In this document: positions 57,508 to 64,000 of the stretch, one piece after another
How the letters are laid out: each line of letters starts with the position of its first letter
Position numbering within the stretch: the stretch's first letter is position 1
Source of the DNA: an uncultured Actinomycetota bacterium
GTDB taxonomy: Bacteria > Actinomycetota > Acidimicrobiia > Acidimicrobiales > RAAP-2
Direction of reading: 5' to 3'
NCBI GenBank assembly: GCA_963770505.1
Contig: CAVYPR010000002.1
Span: 36,902 to 100,901 of the forward strand
Length of the DNA stretch: 64,000 nt
Program-made: the position numbers and the translations under genes
Notes under the pieces: model-generated
Databases searched by the model: none
What the model was told of the DNA's origin: nothing
Seen by the model: the letters and a program-made list of their open reading frames with translations, nothing else

Positions 57508-58081
57508 GTTCGTACCTCCTTCGGGGTGGCTTGGCGCTGCTGGCCACCGTAACAACAAGGATCGGCGCCTGCTCAGCTGACACCGTGCCTCGAGCCCCGG
57601 TGGCGCCTCAGGCCCGCCAGCCGAGCCCGGTGGCCCGGAGGTCCACCTCGTAGTGAGGTGCGGCCGGCGAGCTCCTGGCGGTCACGGTGGCCAGCAACTG
57701 ACCACGACCCGGGGTCGGCGGCACCCAGTGGCCTTGCCGGGCCTGCAGGCGCGGCATCGCTCCCGTCCACGAGAGGGGTCCCTCCCAGCGGGGGAGAGGG
57801 GCGAGGTGATGGGTACGTCGAGGGTTCGCACGCCGGGCACCGGGTCGGGGCGGCACCGGGCCGACGCGCCGCTCACCGGTGAGCCGCGTGCAGGTGGTCA
57901 ACCGCCCGTCGCCCGTGTGGTGCCGGCGGCTGGAACGTCGAGGTGCCCGGACCGGGTACCTCCACCTCGGACCACGAGGAGGGGTACCTGGTCCTCCGGC
58001 CTCACGGCCATCCAGCCGTGTGCAGAAAACCGCCCCCGACCTCCGCTCACGCGGCATGCACAGATGCCCTGCTCCGGTCGC

Positions 58082-58110
58082 TTGACATTCGATGGGGACT
58101 CCTTCACGAT
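58082..58110 (+). promoter_or_regulatory. candidate housekeeping-type promoter (TTGACA-N17-CACGAT) for the VWD/IPT protein gene
   Basis: cTTGACAttcgatggggactccttCACGATcg. A perfect -35 hexamer is rare in this GC-rich DNA. It lies about 100 nt upstream of ATG 58211. Confidence 0.4.
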
Positions 58111-58210
58111 CGCAATGAGCGGCCGCAGCGATCGGTTGCAGCGATGGGAATGGCGATCGACGGGTGGTCGTGACGTCGAGACAGAGGGCCGAGCCGCCAA
58201 GGGGGCCGAC

Positions 58211-61200
58211 ATGCACCTCATCCCTCACCGCTGCCCACGGCGGCAAAACCCAGCTCGGAGGCGGTCACGTGGATCGGTCGTCGCGAGCACGTCGCGCCGG
58301 CTCGTGCCACTTCCCGGCGCTGGTGCCCTTGGCGCGATGGCCGTTGCCGGCCTGCTCACGCTGCAAGGGTTGACCTTTGCGGGGGCGGCAACCGCCACGC
58401 AGGGGATCGCACAGTGGAAACAGACAGTTGCCCAGCTCCCCTTGCCGTCGGCAGGCTGCTTCTCCATTACCTATCCGGCGACCGCGTGGAAGGGAGTGGC
58501 GTGCACAACGACGCAGGGCGCCCCCGCTATTCCTCCTGCCGGTTACCGACAAGTCGGCCCAGAAACCATCGGCACAGATATTTCAAATGGGACGACAGGA
58601 GACTACCTGGCGCAAACCGAAGGACAGATTTCCCGAGTGACAGGCTCGTTGAATATCAGCTCTGGGGCTACCGAGCACTCACTCGTCTTGACAACCGGCA
58701 TCACAAATACAAATGCCTACACGCTCCAGATCAACAGCAAACCCTTCAAGTCGACAGCCTGCAAGACCAGTCCCAATCCCACATGTCTCGGTTGGGAGCA
58801 GTACGTGTACACAACGTACTTTGACGGTATCTCGATGCAGGATTGGGTGTTGTTCTACAACACCACGTGTCCAGCGGGATGGAAGACGTTTGCCACATAC
58901 CATCCCACAATCGATTGCTACAAGACATCCATGCGCACGAGTTTGGCGTCCATCCCGCCGGTCTCAGCCCTCAACAACCTCAAATTCATGGCCTTTGACA
59001 CTCCCGGCGGCAACGACACAGTCAAGATGACAACACCGACAACAGCCGCCACCATTAAGGCTGCAGGACAAAGGGACAGTGTGACCACAGGCGGGCTCGG
59101 CCTGGCGAATAATTGGCACGTCGCTGAGTTCGACATCTTCGGTGACGACGACGGCAACGAGGCCTATTTCAGCTCGAACACGACACTCAAGGCCAAGATG
59201 GTCTTACACGACGGCACGAAGACAGCTCCGATGTGCGAGCAAGCGGACAGCCTCACCGGGGAGAGAAACAACCTCAACTTGGCGGCGACGCCGGCATTCA
59301 GCACGACACAGACATCCCCGACGATGCTGACTCGCCAGAGCAACAGCGTCGCCCCCGGCCACGGGTCTTGTGCCACCGCAAAGGGCATTGGCGACACCCA
59401 TCTCACGACGTTCGACAATGTGACAAGGCTGTACACATTCCAAGCGGCCGGCGATTTCGAACTCGCGACAGTCACTCCGACCACAACCGGTCCGGCGACA
59501 GGCCTGCGCGGCGCGGTCGTTCCGGCGATGTCGACGGCCCGGTCGACAACAGCTCCGACGACCCCGGCCGCTCCTTCGACAACCACTCCTCGCAACTTCA
59601 ACGTGCAGGCCCGGCAGGTGTCCGGGGCCCCAACGTGGCCCAATGCCGACACCAACCAGGCAGTTGCGGCCCGGGTCGATACATCGGACGTCGCCGTCTG
59701 TACCGGGCCACCGCGGCTGGAGGTGAACGGCGGCCCCGTCACACTGCCGGGGGGCGGTCGGATAACACTGCCGGGCGGGGCCAGCGTCTCCAACGAAGCG
59801 GGGACGTACGTCATCCGAGACGCCAACGGGGATTCGCTGCGAGTGGGGATCTACACCAACGGCGTCCAGAGTTGGATCAACGAGACAGTGGGGCTTGGCA
59901 GCTGGCCCGAACCGGTGAGGGGTCTGCTGGCCAACGCGTTGTCCAATCCCGAAGCGATCGAGGCGCGCACAGGGACTGTGCTCACAGCACCGTTCGCCTT
60001 CAGTGAGCTGTACGGCCTCTACGCCAACAGCTGGCGGGTGACACCGAGTGAGTCCCTGCTCTCTGCCTGCGGTCCCGCCGGTCCGGGCGGTGCAGCCCAT
60101 AACATCCTGACCCCCGGCAGTGTGACACCGAAGCTGGCCAAGACAGCGCGCGCGACGTGCGTGGCCGCCGGGGTGAAGGCGGCGGGACTCCTCTACGCCT
60201 GCACCGTCGACGTGGCCGTGCTCGGCAAGCCCGCGGCCGCTGCGTACGGCGATCTCTCCGCGACATCGACGACAACGTCGCTCTACACATCGATCACCGT
60301 GGACACCATCACCCCGGCGACAGTGCCCACCACCTCGCTCTCGGGCGGCGGCCAGTCCGGCCCCTTCATCTCGGTGCCCATCGGGACCCCGGTGACCGAC
60401 GCCGCCACCCCCCATGGGACATCCTCGGCCGCGCAGCACACGGTGACCTACCGGGTCTACTCCAACGACACCTGCACGACAGCGGTGGCCACAGCCACCA
60501 GCACGGTCAATGTCGCCACAGGGGTGGTGCCCCCGTCTGCCCCGGTGACCCTCTCCAAGGCCGGCACCTACTACTGGCAGGCGACATACTCGAGTGGCCC
60601 GGCACGCGGCCCCTCGTCCAGCACATGTGGCCTGGAGGGAGAGGTGGAGACGGTCACGACACCCCCGACCGTCACCTCCCTCTCCCGGACAAGCGGCCCG
60701 GCGGCCGGTGGCACCCTGGTGACCGTCACAGGGACCGGGTTCTCGACAGTGGGCAGCGTCAAGTTCGGCACAACGACAGCCCAGTCGTTCACGCTGAGAT
60801 CGGCCACCCAGCTTGTGGCCACCTCCCCGGCCCACGCAGCCGGCACCGTGAAGATCTCGGTGACGACGCCGGGCGGGACGACGCCGACAACCGGTGCCGA
60901 CCACTACACGTTCACGGTCGCGCCCCCGGCGGTGTCGGGCATCTCGCCGTCAGGCGGCCCAGCGGCCGGCGGCACGACGGTGACGGTGAGCGGCAGCGGG
61001 CTCATCGGGGCCACGGTGGTCTCCTTCGGCACAGGCACGGGGAGGACACTCTCGGTCAACGCCGCAGGGACCCAGCTCACCGTGAAGAGCCCGGCCGGCA
61101 CCTCGGGAGCCTCGGTCAACGTGCGGGTGGTGACCCCCGCAGGCGAGAGCCCCGCCTCGACGTCAGACCTCTTCACCTATGGCCCGACCATCACCTCGCT

Positions 61201-61435
61201 CTCCCGGACAAGCGGCCCGGTGGCCGGCGGCACCAAGGTGACCATCACAGGGACCGGGTTCTCGACAGTGCGCAGTGTCAAGTTCGGGACCTCAACAGCC
61301 AGGACATTCACGGTCAGATCGGCCGCGCAGATCGTGGCCACCTCCCCGGCGCACGCAGCCGGCCAGGTGAGGATCTCGGTGACGACGGCTGCCGGGACGA
61401 CGCCGACCACGGGCAACGATCTGTACACATACTGA
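58211..61435 (+). CDS. secreted multidomain protein: signal peptide, unknown Cys-containing domain, VWD (von Willebrand type D) domain, Ig-like domain, three IPT/TIG domains
   Basis: AAGGGGG RBS 6 nt before ATG 58211. Signal peptide LGAMAVAGLLTLQGLTFAGAATA. VWD hallmark GIGDTHLTTFDNVTRLYTFQAAGDFEL (GDTH at 59390-59401) and a downstream WRV...SLL...CVAAGV...ACTVDV region. Three repeats of PT(V/I)TSLS..SGP.AGGT.VT.TGTGF...V.FG. The ORF is open from 57653, but its upstream part is not protein-like. Confidence 0.75.
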   Translation: MHLIPHRCPRRQNPARRRSRGSVVASTSRRLVPLPGAGALGAMAVAGLLTLQGLTFAGAATATQGIAQWKQTVAQLPLPSAGCFSITYPATAWKGVACTTTQGAPAIPPAGYRQVGPETIGTDISNGTTGDYLAQTEGQISRVTGSLNISSGATEHSLVLTTGITNTNAYTLQINSKPFKSTACKTSPNPTCLGWEQYVYTTYFDGISMQDWVLFYNTTCPAGWKTFATYHPTIDCYKTSMRTSLASIPPVSALNNLKFMAFDTPGGNDTVKMTTPTTAATIKAAGQRDSVTTGGLGLANNWHVAEFDIFGDDDGNEAYFSSNTTLKAKMVLHDGTKTAPMCEQADSLTGERNNLNLAATPAFSTTQTSPTMLTRQSNSVAPGHGSCATAKGIGDTHLTTFDNVTRLYTFQAAGDFELATVTPTTTGPATGLRGAVVPAMSTARSTTAPTTPAAPSTTTPRNFNVQARQVSGAPTWPNADTNQAVAARVDTSDVAVCTGPPRLEVNGGPVTLPGGGRITLPGGASVSNEAGTYVIRDANGDSLRVGIYTNGVQSWINETVGLGSWPEPVRGLLANALSNPEAIEARTGTVLTAPFAFSELYGLYANSWRVTPSESLLSACGPAGPGGAAHNILTPGSVTPKLAKTARATCVAAGVKAAGLLYACTVDVAVLGKPAAAAYGDLSATSTTTSLYTSITVDTITPATVPTTSLSGGGQSGPFISVPIGTPVTDAATPHGTSSAAQHTVTYRVYSNDTCTTAVATATSTVNVATGVVPPSAPVTLSKAGTYYWQATYSSGPARGPSSSTCGLEGEVETVTTPPTVTSLSRTSGPAAGGTLVTVTGTGFSTVGSVKFGTTTAQSFTLRSATQLVATSPAHAAGTVKISVTTPGGTTPTTGADHYTFTVAPPAVSGISPSGGPAAGGTTVTVSGSGLIGATVVSFGTGTGRTLSVNAAGTQLTVKSPAGTSGASVNVRVVTPAGESPASTSDLFTYGPTITSLSRTSGPVAGGTKVTITGTGFSTVRSVKFGTSTARTFTVRSAAQIVATSPAHAAGQVRISVTTAAGTTPTTGNDLYTY
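60665..61432 (+). repeat. three tandem IPT/TIG-encoding units; units 1 and 3 are roughly 80% identical at nucleotide level (offset 519 nt)
   Basis: ccgaccgtcacctccctctcccggacaagcggcccggcggccgg... (60665) versus ccgaccatcacctcgctctcccggacaagcggcccggtggccgg... (61184). The middle unit is more diverged. Confidence 0.8.
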
Positions 61436-61563
61436 GATCCGGCCGTCACGTGCCGCTCGCCCACTGCGGGCTGTGGCCACAAGGTCCGTCGCTGGACGGG
61501 GCAGATTGGGGGTGCGGGCGGTGGTGAAGTGCGGGCCCGAGAAGCTCGGGCACCAGCCGCCTC

Positions 61564-62001
61564 TTAGACGTTTCCCCCACGCCGGCTCTCGGCGGTGACC
61601 CCGACAAGGGCGATGACGATCAGGCTGACGGCCGGGGGCACGAACCACACCCCGAAGATGAACGTCATGACAAAGAGGAAGGCGCCCAATCCCAGGCAGA
61701 GCGGCCAGATGCTCGACCCCGGGAAGGAGCTGATGATGCCGGCGCCCTCGGCGATGGTGGCGTCGGAGCGGTCCTCGGGACGCTCGCCCACGGTGCGTTC
61801 GAGCTTCCCCCAGTAGAGGTAGCGGTAGCCGAGGAAGCGGCGGTGCCAGTAGTAGTAGAAGGAGCCGGGGACCAGGCCGAGGAGGCACGAGCCGAGCAGC
61901 ATCATCCCGCCGCCGTCCTCGTAGCCGATGAACCAGTAGATCAGGCCGATGGCGCCGAAGAAGACCCCGACGCCGATCAGGAAGAGCCCCTCGATCTTCA
62001 T
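61564..62001 (-). CDS. ctaF: cytochrome c oxidase subunit IV (actinobacterial CtaF)
   Basis: [24 protein letters not shown]...GSFYYYWH...[17 protein letters not shown] overlap with the ctaD stop. Confidence 0.85.
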   Translation of the reverse strand: MKIEGLFLIGVGVFFGAIGLIYWFIGYEDGGGMMLLGSCLLGLVPGSFYYYWHRRFLGYRYLYWGKLERTVGERPEDRSDATIAEGAGIISSFPGSSIWPLCLGLGAFLFVMTFIFGVWFVPPAVSLIVIALVGVTAESRRGGNV

Positions 62002-63819
62002 GAGCCCGGCGCCTCCGCCGGAGCCGCCACCGCCCCGTTCGTCCGACCGTGTCCGTTGCTGGATCCGTTGTGGCCGGGTCCGTGGGCCAGTACCGGGTGG
62101 TCAGGATGGTTGTAGTCCCAGGTGGGCCGCTCGGACCGGATCGGCGGCAGGTGGGTGTAGTTGTGGTGGGGCGGGGGCGAGGTGGTGAACCACTCGAGGG
62201 TGTGGGCGTCCCACGGGTTGTTCCCGGCCGGCACCGGTCGGCGCCATGAGATCCAGAGGTTCACCAGCAGGATGGCGAAGGAGGCGGCGATGATGAAGGC
62301 CCCGATGGTCGAGGCGATGTTCCACGACTGCCATCCGAGGTCGGTCGGATAGGTGGCCACGCGGCGGGGCATGCCCCTCAGACCCACGATGTACTGGGGC
62401 GTGAAGGTGACCCAGAACCCGACGAAGAGGATCCAGAAGTGCCACTTGCCCAGGCGCTCGTCGAGCATCCGGCCGAACATCTTCGGATACCAGTAGTAGA
62501 GGCCGGCAAAGCCGGCGAACACCGTCGTGCCGAACAGCACCTGGTGGAAGTGGGCCACCACGAAGTAGGTGTCGTGGGTGAAGAAGTCGATGGGGGGTGA
62601 GGCCAGCATCACGCCCGTGACCCCGCCCATCAAGAAGGCGAAGAGGAACCCGATGCAGAAGAGCATCGGGGTGGTGAACCGAAGCTGGCCCCGCCACATG
62701 GTGCCGATCCAGTTGAAGAACTTGATGCCGGTGGGCACGGCGATCAGCAGGCTGAGCAGGGAGAAGAAGGGCAGCAGGACCACGCCGGTGGTGAACATGT
62801 GGTGCGCCCAGACCCCGGTGGACAAGGCGGCGATGGCCATGGTGGCGAAGACCATCCCCTTGTAGCCGAAGACGGGCTTGCGCGAGAAGACGGGGAAGAC
62901 CTCGGTGGCGATGCCGAAGTAGGGCAGGGCCAGGATGTACACCTCGGGGTGGCCGAAGAACCAGAAGAGGTTCTGCCACAGCACCGGCGACCCGCAGGCG
63001 TTCGGCGCGGGCACCGCGGGATGGCCCGCGGTCGCCGTGGTGGTACAGCCCACCACTGTGTAGATGTGGGTCCCGAAGTGCCGGTCGACCACCAGCATGA
63101 CGACCGCCGCGGTGAGGACCGGGAAGGCGATGAGGATCAGGATGCCGGTGACCAGCATGTTCCAGGTGAAGATGGGCATTCGGAACATGGTCATGCCCGG
63201 GGCGCGCAGGTAGAAGATGGTGGCCACCAGGTTGACGCCGGTGAAGATGGCCGAGAAGCCGGTCAGGGCCAGCGCCATGAGCCAGGCGTCGGCGCCTGCG
63301 CCCGGGGAGTTGGTGACGTTGGAGAGGGGGGCGTAGGCCACCCAGCCGAAGTTGGCGGCGCCGCCGGCCACGAAGAAGCCCATCAGCATGGTGATCGACC
63401 CGCCCAGGTACAGCCAGTAGGAGAGGGCGTTCAGCCGAGGGAAGGCCATGTCCGGGGCGCCCACCTGCAGCGGCACGATGTAGTTGGCCAGGCCCCCGAA
63501 GGCGAACGGCCCGGCGAACAGGTACAGCATCAGGCTGCCGTGCATGGTGAACAGCTCGTTGAACTGCTGCGAAGGTGACGAACGAGCTGGTGGGCGAGGC
63601 CAGCTGCACCCGCATCCCCAGGGCCAGCAGGCCGGCGATGTAGAAGATCACGATCGAGGTGATCATGTAGCTGAGGCCGATCACCTTGTGGTCGGTGCTG
63701 GTGAACCACTTGAGCAGGCCGCTCGGGCCGTGCTCCTCGTGGCCGTGGGCCGCCTCGGCCTCGTAGACGACCGGGGGGTGGCCCGCCCCCGCCACCGGCG
63801 GAACGATCACATCGGTCAT
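61998..63819 (-). CDS. ctaD: cytochrome c oxidase (aa3) subunit I (frame switch near 63570; 22-aa Cys-flanked insertion)
   Basis: The N-terminus [17 protein letters not shown] is in one frame. The rest reads [22 protein letters not shown]...[14 protein letters not shown]...[10 protein letters not shown]...[14 protein letters not shown] 63819 overlaps the ctaC TGA. Confidence 0.9.
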
Positions 63820-64000
63820 CAGGAAGCCTTCCCCTGGAGGATCTGTCGCTTGGCCTTGGCGATGGACCCCGAGGAGCTCGGTGTCCGCTGCTCCTGCTGC
63901 ACCCAGGACGTGAACTGCGAGCTCGTGACCGCCTTCACCCGGAAGAGCATGAGGGAGTGATAGAGGCCGCAGAACTGGGTGCACTGGCCCCGGAAGGTGC
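63819..64000 (-). CDS. ctaC: cytochrome c oxidase subunit II, C-terminal end (5' part outside window)
   Basis: The reverse-strand translation ends ...TFRGQCTQFCGLYHSLMLFRVKAVTSSQFTSWV...QGKAS*. It contains the CuA motif C-x-x-F-C-G-x-x-H-x-x-M. Confidence 0.85.
   Translation of the reverse strand, partial: TFRGQCTQFCGLYHSLMLFRVKAVTSSQFTSWVQQEQRTPSSSGSIAKAKRQILQGKAS

Noticed and set aside
57608-58246. 212-aa minus-strand ORF overlapping the start of the VWD gene
   Set aside because: The product is Arg/Pro/Gly-rich with no domain. Gene-like GC3 is confined to the last roughly 50 codons. It overlaps a well-supported RBS and start on the other strand. It may be a gene remnant but not a functional CDS.
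58250-58290. Twin-arginine (Tat) signal in the VWD/IPT protein (ARRRSRGSVVAS)
   Set aside because: The RR is not followed by the x-F-L-K-like hydrophobic pattern, and about 20 residues separate it from the h-region. I treat it as a generic Sec-type signal peptide. The exact start codon is also uncertain.
61535-61551. Hairpin GCCCGAG-aag-CTCGGGC between the convergent VWD gene and ctaF, as a bidirectional terminator
   Set aside because: It has only a 7-bp stem and a 3-nt loop, and no U/A tracts on either strand. This is too weak to call.
1-64000. tRNA, rRNA, CRISPR arrays, IS elements, integrases, toxin-antitoxin or classical phage-defence genes
   Set aside because: I found no cloverleaf-like or rRNA-like stretches, no regularly spaced direct repeats, and no transposase, integrase or nuclease-like translations while reading both strands. 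This was a visual inspection only, so small RNAs cannot be excluded.

Overview
High-GC (about 70%) actinobacterial chromosome segment, almost entirely core energy metabolism. On the + strand: an XRE regulator fragment, mshA, a YbjN-like gene, proC, a translationally coupled HTH / DUF62 SAM-hydrolase / rex trio, hemA-hemC-cobA/hemD-hemB-hemL, a divergent geranylgeranyl reductase, and a complete nuoA-N complex I operon (12.6-28.8 kb). Further on: an MprF-like lipid aminoacylase, a GT-C glycosyltransferase, a minus-strand hemE-hemH-hemY-lnt-carbonic anhydrase operon, helD, ctaE-qcrCAB, and a convergent ctaC-ctaD-ctaF. Two blocks interrupt this conserved backbone. (1) An ~8.4 kb SigF/SigB-type partner-switching island lies at 28.85-37.25 kb. 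It holds two STAS antagonists, a UsfX-like anti-sigma factor, a sigma factor, a MEDS-HATPase fusion, a PAS-GAF-PP2C phosphatase, small stress and membrane proteins, and a hemerythrin fragment. Five to six GTTT-N15-16-GGGWAW promoter-like motifs sit exactly in front of its genes. (2) A lower-GC ~5.4 kb islet lies at 56.1-61.5 kb between qcrB and ctaF. It encodes YdeI, DoxX, a small alpha/beta protein and a 1074-aa secreted protein with an unknown Cys domain, a VWD domain (GDTH motif), an Ig-like domain and three IPT/TIG domains. I saw no rRNA, tRNA, CRISPR array, transposase or integrase. The sequence carries about 27 frame disruptions plus one in-frame amber codon inside otherwise well-conserved essential genes (hemA, hemB, hemL, hemE, hemH, hemY, nuoG, nuoI, qcrC, ctaD, helD and others). 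They cluster at 9.8-11.1 kb and 47.3-50.2 kb, and I interpret them as assembly or sequencing indels rather than decay. All domain calls come from reading the translations by eye; no searches were run.
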